Shown piece by piece: positions 7,137-14,255 of a stretch of DNA of 14,255 bases. The notes under the pieces were generated by a model. The model saw only the letters and a list, made by a program, of their open reading frames with translations. It did not search any database and had not been told where the DNA came from. The stretch is from Candidatus Eiseniibacteriota bacterium (GTDB lineage Bacteria; Eisenbacteria; RBG-16-71-46; DASYSL01), in assembly GCA_046598045.1 (NCBI GenBank), contig JBKJJJ010000120.1, positions 1 through 14,255 of the forward strand, read 5' to 3'. A program made the translations under genes and the position numbers. How positions within the stretch are numbered: position 1 is the first letter of the stretch; every line of letters begins with the position of its first letter.

Positions 7137-7205
7137 CCGTTCATCCGCCGGAATCGACCATTCGTCGGGCAACGCGTATCCTGCCGTTCTCCCTCGCCGT
7201 AATTT
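7137..7205 (+). promoter_or_regulatory. Candidate LytTR-activated promoter: direct repeat CCGTTCATC-N12-CCATTCGTC plus -10 TAATTT
   Basis: 9-bp repeats at 7137-7145 and 7158-7166 (21-bp period), each one mismatch from the AlgR site CCGTTCGTC. -10-like TAATTT at 7200-7205 and no recognisable -35. Confidence 0.65.
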
Positions 7206-7211
7206 CGATCC

Positions 7212-8501
7212 ATGAACACGCCCGGAGGTCATCGACCCATGGCACGCAAAGCGCGCCCCGACACGCCATTTGCCTCGCTCGTCAAGATCCTGTGGCGCGG
7301 GGTGTTCTATGCCATCCCGTTCGCGATCTTCTTCGGTGTCCTGATGGGCGGCACGTGGGCCGCGTTCCGCGGCATCTACCTCGTCTCGCTCGTGTTCACC
7401 TACTGCAACTCGCTCGCGAGCTGGGCGGTGCACTGGTTCCTGATTCCGGCGCTGCGCGGCCGCAAGGACGCGGCATTCGCCACGACGCGCGCGAACGCGA
7501 TCGTGGTCGACGTCGCGACTTACGCCGCGACCGCGATCGCGGCCTCGCTCATCGCCGCGACGATCATCCACTTCACGATCCTCCCGGGATTCCTGGGCAG
7601 CGTGCGGCAGTTCGCGGTCATCGGCCTGTTCACGCTCCTGTTTGCGGCCCTGTTCATCGGCGTGTCCTACGCCTACCACTTCTACCAGGACGCGCTCTTG
7701 CGCGCGCGCTCCGAGGAAGAGCTGAACCTCGCGCGCCGCATCCAGCGCTCGTTCCTCCTCTCGCAGTTCCCGTCGCGGCCCGGCGTCGAGGTGCACGCGC
7801 TCAACGTGTCCTCGAAGCAGGTCTCCGGCGACTTCTACGACGTCGTGCCCGCGGGCGACCGCGCGTTCCTGATCTGCGTCGCGGATGTCTCGGGCAAGGG
7901 CGTGCCGGCCGCGCTGCTGGGCTCGATGCTGCAGGCGTCGCTGCGCACGCAGGCGCCGATCGCCACGTCGGTGGGCGCGATGGTCTCGAACGTCAACTCG
8001 CTGCTCTGCCAGGGTGTGGCGAACGGCCAGTTCGCCACCATGTTCCTCGCGCGCATGGACGAGGCGACGATGACGATGTCGTACGTCAACGCGGGCCACA
8101 ACCACCCGGTGCTGGTGCGGGCGAACGGCACGCGCGAGCTGCTGGAGAAGGGCGGCCCGATGGTCGGCAGCTTCGACCTCGTACCGTTCGAGGAGGGCCG
8201 GGTCGCGCTCGCGCCCGGCGACCGCGTCGTGATGTACACCGACGGGCTGAGCGAGGCCATGGATGCCCACCAGGAAATGTACGGCGACGATCGCCTCGTC
8301 GACCTCGCCGCGGCGCTGCCGGCCGGCCAGAGCGCGCGCGAGTCCACCGACTCGATCATGGGCGCGCTCGCGCAGTTCCTGAACGGCGAGGAGCCGCAGG
8401 ACGACATGACGCTGCTGGTCATGCGCGTGCTCAGCCCGACCGACCCGGACCCCGCGCGGACCGAGCCCGTTGCGCTGCCCGCGCTCGGAGCCCCGCGATG
8501 A
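7212..8501 (+). CDS. Membrane-anchored PP2C (SpoIIE/RsbU-type) Ser/Thr phosphatase with N-terminal ~4-TM sensor
   Basis: EEELNLARRIQRSFL, VSGDFYD, VADVSGKGVPAAL, FATMF, NAGHNHP, YTDGLSE and QDDMTLLV, with the metal-binding Asp residues intact. Four hydrophobic segments lie N-terminal. The start could be ATG 7239, which has a GGAGG SD. Confidence 0.93.
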   Translation: MNTPGGHRPMARKARPDTPFASLVKILWRGVFYAIPFAIFFGVLMGGTWAAFRGIYLVSLVFTYCNSLASWAVHWFLIPALRGRKDAAFATTRANAIVVDVATYAATAIAASLIAATIIHFTILPGFLGSVRQFAVIGLFTLLFAALFIGVSYAYHFYQDALLRARSEEELNLARRIQRSFLLSQFPSRPGVEVHALNVSSKQVSGDFYDVVPAGDRAFLICVADVSGKGVPAALLGSMLQASLRTQAPIATSVGAMVSNVNSLLCQGVANGQFATMFLARMDEATMTMSYVNAGHNHPVLVRANGTRELLEKGGPMVGSFDLVPFEEGRVALAPGDRVVMYTDGLSEAMDAHQEMYGDDRLVDLAAALPAGQSARESTDSIMGALAQFLNGEEPQDDMTLLVMRVLSPTDPDPARTEPVALPALGAPR

Positions 8502-9586
8502 GCCCGGGCCGTTCCCCGCGCTCGTTCGGCCGCAGCCTGTTCGACGCGGTGTGGCAGACGCCGCTGTGGGCGATCCCGTTCGCGGTGTTCTTCGGCACGA
8601 TGTACGGCGGCGCGCGCGAGACCTACGTGCTGTCGTACGAGATCTCGCTCGTGTTCGCGCTCACGATCCGCCTCGCGATGGTGGCGCTGACCCATCTCGC
8701 GCTGCCCGCGTTGCGGCGCGATGCGCCGGCCGCCGGCCGACCGCCGCTGGCGCTCGAGATCGCGCTGTTCGCGGCAGTCTCCGTTGCGGCGTCGTACCTG
8801 GCGGCGTTCATCATCCACAAGACATTCCTGCCCGGATTCCTGGGGACGACGCGTTCGCTCGCGCTTACCGGCATGTACGCGCTCCTGTTCTCGTTCCTGA
8901 TCGGCGGGATCGCGTACGCGTCGCACTTCTACCGCGAATCGATCGCCCGCGCCCGCGCAGTCGAGGCTATGCGCGCCGAACTGGCGCAGGCCGAGCTGCG
9001 CGCGCTCAAGGCGCAGATCGAGCCCCACTTCCTGTTCAACACGCTGAATGCGATCGCCTCGCTCATCCCGTCGGACCCGCGCGCCGCCGAGGAGATGACC
9101 ACGCGCCTGGCCGAGGTGTTCCGCTACGCGCTCTCCGCATCCGAGCGCGAGACCGCGCCGCTGTCCGAGGAGGTCGCGTTCGCCACCGCCTACCTCGACA
9201 TCGAGCGCGCGCGCTTCGGCGAGCGCCTCCGGGTCGTGGTCGCGGTCGAGCCCGGGCTCGAGCGCGTCCTCGTGCCGAGCCTGCTGCTCCAGCCCGTGGT
9301 CGAGAACGCGGTGCGTCACGGCATCGCCCCGCGCGCCTCGGGCGGGACGATCCGGATCGGGGCCGCGCGCGCCGGATCGACCCTCAAGCTCACGGTCGAA
9401 GACGACGGCCCCGGCATGTCAAAGGACGTCGTCGCCGCACCCCGCGAGCCGGGCGGCCGCGGCTTCGGTCTCCACGCGTTGCGCGAGCGGCTGCGCGCTT
9501 CCGGCATTCCGGATGCGCTCGTGATCGAGACGCCCGCAGGCGGCGGCACCCGCATCGTCATCACGCTCCCCCTCACCCCACCCTGA
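8498..9586 (+). CDS. LytS/YehU-type sensor histidine kinase with ~4-TM N-terminal sensor, 362 aa
   Basis: AELRALKAQIEPHFLFNTLNAI H-box, YLDIERARFGERL, LLLQPVVENAVRHGI, EDDGPG and GFGL..LRERL. ATGA overlap with the phosphatase stop. Confidence 0.93.
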   Translation: MSPGRSPRSFGRSLFDAVWQTPLWAIPFAVFFGTMYGGARETYVLSYEISLVFALTIRLAMVALTHLALPALRRDAPAAGRPPLALEIALFAAVSVAASYLAAFIIHKTFLPGFLGTTRSLALTGMYALLFSFLIGGIAYASHFYRESIARARAVEAMRAELAQAELRALKAQIEPHFLFNTLNAIASLIPSDPRAAEEMTTRLAEVFRYALSASERETAPLSEEVAFATAYLDIERARFGERLRVVVAVEPGLERVLVPSLLLQPVVENAVRHGIAPRASGGTIRIGAARAGSTLKLTVEDDGPGMSKDVVAAPREPGGRGFGLHALRERLRASGIPDALVIETPAGGGTRIVITLPLTPP

Positions 9587-9600
9587 CCCGAGGAGTTCCC

Positions 9601-10413
9601 ATGCGTCCCTGTCGTCTCCTGCTCCTGTTGGGCGCGCTCGCGCTCGTGTTCAGCCTCACCTCCCAAGCCCGCCCGGCGCACGCGGCCGACGCCGCACAGG
9701 TCGCCGCCGCCAAGAAGGCGCTCCAGGCCGCGGTCAACCGGGGCAGTGCCGACGGCATCCTCGCCGCGCGCGGCCAGTTCGACGCGCTCTCCACCGCCGA
9801 ACCGAAGAACGCTCTGCTCCATTACTGGGTCGCCGTCTGCGACTGGCGCGTGTCTCCCTACTTCATGGCCGACGACAAGAAGGCGATGGGGAAGCGGTGG
9901 GTCACCGAGGGCATCGCGCGCGCCGGCCAGGCGTACGAGCTCGATCCGAAGTTCGCCGAGGCGCTCGCGTTGCGCTGCGGGCTGCAGGGCCTCGCGATCC
10001 AGTTCGATCCGGGGCAGGCGATGCGGCTCGGCATGCAGATGGGCGCGGACATGGCCCACGCGCTCGACCTCGCGCCGAACAACCCGCGCGTGCGGCTGCT
10101 CGATGGCATCAACACGCTCTACAAGCCCGGTTTCATCGGAGGCGGGGCCGGCCCGGCGCTCAAGACGCTCGACAAGGCACAGGCGCTGTTCGCGGCCGAG
10201 ACCTCGACCGATCCCTCCGCGCCCGACTGGGGCAGGGACGACGCGTACGTGTGGGCCGGGCGCGCGGCCGTCAAGGCCGGCGACCTCAAGGGCGCGCGCG
10301 CCTACTACCAGAAGGCGCTCACCGCGAATCCCGAGAACGGCTGGGTGCTGCACTCGCTGCTGCCCGAGGTCGAGAAGCGGATGCCCCCCGCCGGAGCGAA
10401 GGCGAACTCGTAG
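9601..10413 (+). CDS. Secreted/periplasmic TPR-like helical-repeat protein, 270 aa
   Basis: AGGAG SD, signal peptide ending A-H-A|A, and TPR-like turns AYELDPKFAEA, ALDLAPNNPRV and ARAYYQKALTANPEN. Also PGFIGGG and PDWG motifs. Confidence 0.8.
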   Translation: MRPCRLLLLLGALALVFSLTSQARPAHAADAAQVAAAKKALQAAVNRGSADGILAARGQFDALSTAEPKNALLHYWVAVCDWRVSPYFMADDKKAMGKRWVTEGIARAGQAYELDPKFAEALALRCGLQGLAIQFDPGQAMRLGMQMGADMAHALDLAPNNPRVRLLDGINTLYKPGFIGGGAGPALKTLDKAQALFAAETSTDPSAPDWGRDDAYVWAGRAAVKAGDLKGARAYYQKALTANPENGWVLHSLLPEVEKRMPPAGAKANS

Positions 10414-12635
10414 TGCGCGCCCTGCGCCCGATCGTCCTCGCCGCCGCGCTGTTCTGCGGCCTCGGCGCCACGGCCGGCGCCGCCCGTGCCGCCGACGTGG
10501 CGGTCTCGGGCGTGGTGCGCGATGCCGCGGGCGCACCGGTCGCCTACGCGACCGTCCAGGCGCCGGCAGTGCGTCGCGGCGTGGCGACCGACGCCGAGGG
10601 CCGCTTCACGATCCCGCTGCCCGAGGGGCCGGCCGAGTTGATCGCGCAGCAGGTCGGCTACCTCAAGGCGCGCGCGCTGTTCACGGCGCGTGGAGGCCTC
10701 GCCCCGCTCCTCCTCACGCTCAAGGACGAACCGGTCGCGCTCGACGAAGTGACCGTGCGCACGTCGTCGTTCGGCAAGTCCGGCAGGAGCGAGGGCGCGG
10801 TGGTCAGCCGCATGGACGTGTACACCACGCCCGGCGGCGCGGCCGACGTCTTCCAGTCGCTGCGCGCGCTGCCCGGGATCGACGCCCCGAACGAGGGCGC
10901 GGCGGTGTACGTGCGTGGCGGCGACCCGCGCGAGACGCTGATCCGCCTCGACGGCGGCGACATCGGCCACCCCTATCATTACGAGGGCGCGTCGGGCGGA
11001 CTGTTCGCGAGCTTCGACAGCTACATGCTCAAGAGCGCGTTCTTTTCGAGCGGCGGATTTTCGTCGAAGTACGGCGGCGTGCTCTCGGGCGTGCTCGACA
11101 TCGAGACCCAGGACCCGATGAACACTCGCACGGTATCGGTGGGCGCGAACCTGGCGGGCGCGAGCCTGTCATCGAGCTGGGCGCTCGTGCCCGACCGGCT
11201 GTCCATCGTGGGCGCGGGCGGCCTCTCGTCCACCACGCTCCTGCACAAGCTGTACGGCACGTCGCGCGACTACCCCGAGGACCCGTCGAGCGACCATGGC
11301 GCGCTCAAGGCGATCCTCAAGTACGCGCCGACGGGCCGCGTGACCGCGACCTACCTCGGATCGAGTGACCGTGTCGGCGTGGTCTCGCCCACGCTCAACT
11401 TCGAGGGCACGTTCGCCGAGCGCGCGCGCAACCACTACGGCGTCGTGCAGGTCGACCAGCTGGTCGCGCGGAAGATCGCGCTCACCGGCATTGCCTCGTG
11501 GCAGGACTGGCGATCGCACTGGTCGTACGGCGCGTTCGGCGGCGACACCCGAGAGACCGGCTGGGCCACGCAGGCCGACGCCGTGTGGGCGGCGTCGGCC
11601 GCGCACGAGCTCTCGTTCGGCGCGCGCATCGCGCACAACGGCAGTGACCGCGCCGCGATCTCCCCCGCCGACTCGACCGACTACGAGCCGGGCGCGCCCA
11701 CGAAGTCGCTCGACACACGCGCGCGCGTCACCGCGCCGGGCGCGTACCTCGAGGACAAGTTCCACGTGGCGGGCCCGGTGTACGCCACGCTCGGCGGCCG
11801 CGTCGACCGGCTCGCGCGCGCCGGCGGGTGGACCGCCGACCCGCGCGGCGCGCTCGCGTGGCGCATCGCGCCGCAGCACACGTTGCGCGTCGCGGGCGGG
11901 CGCTACCACCAGTCGCCCGACCCGGCGTACCTCGATCCCGTGTACGGCAACCCGAACCTCGTTCCGCTCGAGGCCGACCACGCGATTGCGGGCTACGAGT
12001 GGCTCGACGGCGAGAAGAACGCGCGTGTCGAGGTCTACCACAAGAGCTATCGCCGCCTGGTGACAAACGACGCGCAGGCGTACTACGCGAACGGCGGGCA
12101 CGGGTTCGCCCGCGGCGTCGACGTGTTCCTCAAGGCCTCGCACCGCGACCTGGGCGGCTGGCTGTCGTACGGCTACCTCGACTCGAAGCGCCTCGAACTC
12201 GACGATCCGCGCGCGGTGGTCGCGACCTACGGTGTGCGCCACTCGGGGACACTGGTTGCGCAGTACAGAGTCGCCGGGTCATGGACGCTCGGGACGCGCG
12301 TGACCGCAAGTTCGGGCGCGCCCTACAAGCCCGTGGTCGGCCGCACCTATGACGGCGCGCGCGGCATCTGGCGGCCGGTCTACGGCGAGAACAACTCGGG
12401 ACGCCTGCCCGCGTTCTCGCGCGTCGACCTGCGCGCGACGCACCTGTTCTCGCTGCCCGCCGTCGGCGGCCTCAAGGCGAGCAGTGTGTGCGTGGCGTAC
12501 GTCGAGGCGATGAACGTGCTCAATCGCCACAACACGCTGCGCTATTCCTACAGCGCGGACTACGCGGAGCGCCGGAGCGAGGACTCGTACTTCGGCCGGC
12601 GGCTGATCGTGGCGGGCGTCTCGCTCGCCTGGTAG
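10413..12635 (+). CDS. TonB-dependent outer-membrane receptor with carboxypeptidase-regulatory-like N-terminal domain, ~740 aa
   Basis: GTG start overlapping the upstream TAG. Signal peptide, then VSGVVRDAAGAPVAYATV...TDAEGRFTI..QQVGY, TonB box LDEVTV, plug DVFQSLRALPGI...VRGG...LIRLDG and GGFSSKYGGVLSGVLDI, and a barrel ending NVLN...GVSLAW (terminal aromatic). Confidence 0.92.
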   Translation: MRALRPIVLAAALFCGLGATAGAARAADVAVSGVVRDAAGAPVAYATVQAPAVRRGVATDAEGRFTIPLPEGPAELIAQQVGYLKARALFTARGGLAPLLLTLKDEPVALDEVTVRTSSFGKSGRSEGAVVSRMDVYTTPGGAADVFQSLRALPGIDAPNEGAAVYVRGGDPRETLIRLDGGDIGHPYHYEGASGGLFASFDSYMLKSAFFSSGGFSSKYGGVLSGVLDIETQDPMNTRTVSVGANLAGASLSSSWALVPDRLSIVGAGGLSSTTLLHKLYGTSRDYPEDPSSDHGALKAILKYAPTGRVTATYLGSSDRVGVVSPTLNFEGTFAERARNHYGVVQVDQLVARKIALTGIASWQDWRSHWSYGAFGGDTRETGWATQADAVWAASAAHELSFGARIAHNGSDRAAISPADSTDYEPGAPTKSLDTRARVTAPGAYLEDKFHVAGPVYATLGGRVDRLARAGGWTADPRGALAWRIAPQHTLRVAGGRYHQSPDPAYLDPVYGNPNLVPLEADHAIAGYEWLDGEKNARVEVYHKSYRRLVTNDAQAYYANGGHGFARGVDVFLKASHRDLGGWLSYGYLDSKRLELDDPRAVVATYGVRHSGTLVAQYRVAGSWTLGTRVTASSGAPYKPVVGRTYDGARGIWRPVYGENNSGRLPAFSRVDLRATHLFSLPAVGGLKASSVCVAYVEAMNVLNRHNTLRYSYSADYAERRSEDSYFGRRLIVAGVSLAW

Positions 12636-12667
12636 CATCGCGCGCCCGGCGCGGGTATGCTCCCGGC

Positions 12668-13459
12668 ATGACCGCCCCCGCCCCGCTGCGTGTCCTGATC
12701 GTCGACGACGAGCCGCTCGCCCGCGCGCGCACGCGCCGCCTGCTGGGCGAGGTCGGCGGGGCTGAGATCGTCGGCGAGGCCGGCTCCGTGCCCGAGGGGC
12801 GCGCGGCCGTCGCCGCACTCCGTCCCGACGTGCTCCTGCTCGACATCCAGATGCACGACGAGGACGGGTTCGCGCTGCTCGAGAGCCTGCCCGAGCCGCG
12901 CCCGCTGGTCGTGTTCGTGACCGCGTTCGACCACTATGCGGTGCGCGCGTTCGAGGCGAACGCCGTCGACTACCTGCTCAAGCCGTTTCGCGCGGAGCGC
13001 CTCGCCGCCGCGCTCGAGCGCGCGCGCAAAGACCTCGCACAGCCGGCCGAGCTCGCCGCCCGGCTGGCGCAGATGCTCGCCGAGGTCGAGCACCTGCGGG
13101 CGGGCGGGCCGGCGGGCGCCGCGCGGCTCGACCGCTTCACCGTGAGGAGCGGCGCGCGCCAGCTCATCCTGCGCGCGGACGAGATCCTGTGGTTCGGCGC
13201 CGAGGACAAGCTCGTGTTCGCGGCGACCACGAACGACCGCCACTACGTGAATTTCACGCTCGACCAGCTCGAGGAGCGGCTCGACCCCGCGCGCTTCCAG
13301 CGCGTGCACCGGGGCGCGATCGTCAACCTGGACCACGCGAAGTCGCTGCACGCGGCCTTCGCCGGCACCTACCGGCTCCGGCTCGACGACGCGGCGCGCA
13401 CGGAGGTGCCGGTCAGTCGCGCGCGCGCGAAGGACCTGCGCGGGAGGCTCGGCGCATGA
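12668..13459 (+). CDS. LytR/AlgR-family response regulator (REC + LytTR), 263 aa
   Basis: LIVDDEPLAR, LLLDIQM, VTAFDHYAVRAFEANAVDYLLKPF, and the LytTR motifs LEERLDPARFQRVHRGAIVN and VPVSR. Confidence 0.95.
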   Translation: MTAPAPLRVLIVDDEPLARARTRRLLGEVGGAEIVGEAGSVPEGRAAVAALRPDVLLLDIQMHDEDGFALLESLPEPRPLVVFVTAFDHYAVRAFEANAVDYLLKPFRAERLAAALERARKDLAQPAELAARLAQMLAEVEHLRAGGPAGAARLDRFTVRSGARQLILRADEILWFGAEDKLVFAATTNDRHYVNFTLDQLEERLDPARFQRVHRGAIVNLDHAKSLHAAFAGTYRLRLDDAARTEVPVSRARAKDLRGRLGA

Positions 13460-14076
13460 AGGACCACCCGCTCTCGCCTGAGGACCTCGGTCCCGATCCC
13501 CTCGCCGCGTTCCGCGCGTGGTACGCACATGCGGTCGCGAAGAAGGTCCCGATGCCCGACGCGATGGCGCTCGCGACCGCGAACGCAGCGGGCGTGCCGT
13601 CCCTGCGCTGGGTGCTGTTCAAGGGCATCGACGAGACGGGCGGGTTCACGTTCTACACCAGCTACCAGAGTCGGAAGGCGTCCGAGCTGGCCGAGAACCC
13701 GCGCGCCGCGCTCGCGTTCCACTGGCCGGCGCTCGAGCGGCAGGTGCGGATCGAGGGCGCGGTGACGCGCCTCTCCGCGGCCGAGAACGACGCCTACTGG
13801 GCGACGCGCACACGCGACAGCCGCCTCGCGGCTGCCGTGTCCCGCCAGAGCCGGGCCGTGCCGACACGCGAGGAGATGGACGAAGCCTACGACGCGCTCA
13901 AGCGCGCCACCGCCTCCCAGCCCGAGCGCCCCAGGCGTCCGATCGACTGGGGCGGCTACCGTGTGTGGCCGCAGGCGATCGACTTCTGGGTGGGCCGGCC
14001 GCACCGCTTCCATGACCGCATTCGATACGAACGTGCGACCGGCGGCACGTGGACGGTGACCCGGCTGTGGCCCTGA
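13456..14076 (+). CDS. pdxH: Pyridoxine/pyridoxamine 5'-phosphate oxidase, 206 aa
   Basis: DPLAAFRAW, AMALATA, R.VL.K, FYTSYQSRK, RQVRIEG, WGGYRV, FWVGR..R.HDR and RL.P. ATGA overlap with the LytTR gene. Confidence 0.93.
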   Translation: MKDHPLSPEDLGPDPLAAFRAWYAHAVAKKVPMPDAMALATANAAGVPSLRWVLFKGIDETGGFTFYTSYQSRKASELAENPRAALAFHWPALERQVRIEGAVTRLSAAENDAYWATRTRDSRLAAAVSRQSRAVPTREEMDEAYDALKRATASQPERPRRPIDWGGYRVWPQAIDFWVGRPHRFHDRIRYERATGGTWTVTRLWP

Positions 14077-14103
14077 ACCTCTTTTCGGAAGGAGGCTGAC
14101 CCG

Positions 14104-14255
14104 ATGCGTATCCTGGTGCTCGGCGGCACGAAGTTCCTCGGGCGCGCGGTGGTCGACGCGGCGCGCGCGCGCGGCCACGAACTCACATTGTTCAATCGCG
14201 GCACGCAAGACCCGGGCGCGTACCCCGAGCTCGAGCAATTGCACGGCGATCGCAC
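14104..14255 (+). CDS. NAD-dependent epimerase/dehydratase (isoflavone-reductase-like), 5' fragment
   Basis: Not in the ORF track. Hand translation gives MRILVLGGTKFLGRAVVDAARARGHELTLFNRG...LHGDR, with the Rossmann GGTxFLG motif. GGAGG SD at 14091-14095. Confidence 0.9.
   Translation, partial: MRILVLGGTKFLGRAVVDAARARGHELTLFNRGTQDPGAYPELEQLHGDR

Noticed and set aside
7094..8497. 468-codon N-terminal extension of the LytS kinase overlapping the PP2C gene (possible overprinting or frameshift fusion)
   Set aside because: It is the -1 frame of a gene with GC-rich third positions, so stops are naturally rare. The translation is Arg-rich noise, no slippery site was seen, and the ATGA junction at 8498 explains the true start.
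8470..13455. Long upstream extensions of the TPR (8470), TBDR (9897), LytTR (12488) and pdxH (13189) ORFs
   Set aside because: They overlap real genes in other frames. Signal peptides, SD sites and stop/start overlaps identify the shorter starts. The same reasoning applies to the 860, 2433, 2469 and 3502 starts.
764..14244. Remaining alternative-frame and antisense ORFs in the track (e.g. 764-1624, 2585-3916, 7835-9319, 9746-11368, 13369-14244)
   Set aside because: All overlap better-supported genes and show no recognisable motifs.
1..14255. tRNA/rRNA, integrase, transposase, toxin-antitoxin or phage-defence genes, and a small peptide pheromone ORF for the LytTR system
   Set aside because: No supporting motifs were seen. 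The short ORFs in 6769-7215 lack SD sites and signal-like features and overlap predicted promoters.

Overview
High-GC, gene-dense bacterial window from a diderm; the TonB-dependent receptor with a carboxypeptidase-regulatory-like N-domain and the FlgD-Ig/T9SS-like C-terminal domain suggest an FCB-related lineage such as Ca. Eisenbacteria (inference only). Left: the 3' end of a stressosome-type cluster (partial rsbT-like gene, an RsbU-N/HisKA_3 soluble histidine kinase and a NarL-family regulator), an ArsR-like/NIPSNAP divergon and a DinB-family gene. Middle: a 1099-aa secreted protein with an apparently circularly permuted lamin-tail-like domain, three ~230-aa Cys-rich repeats that I do not recognise and a C-terminal sorting-type domain. 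Right: a tightly coupled operon of membrane PP2C (SpoIIE/RsbU-type) phosphatase, LytS-type kinase, secreted TPR-like protein, TonB-dependent receptor and LytTR regulator, followed by pdxH and a partial NAD-dependent epimerase. The most notable observation is that the phosphatase and the kinase carry paralogous copies of the same ~145-aa 4-TM sensor domain, and that the operon promoter has a LytTR/AlgR-type direct repeat. No RNA genes, CRISPR arrays or transposases were seen.
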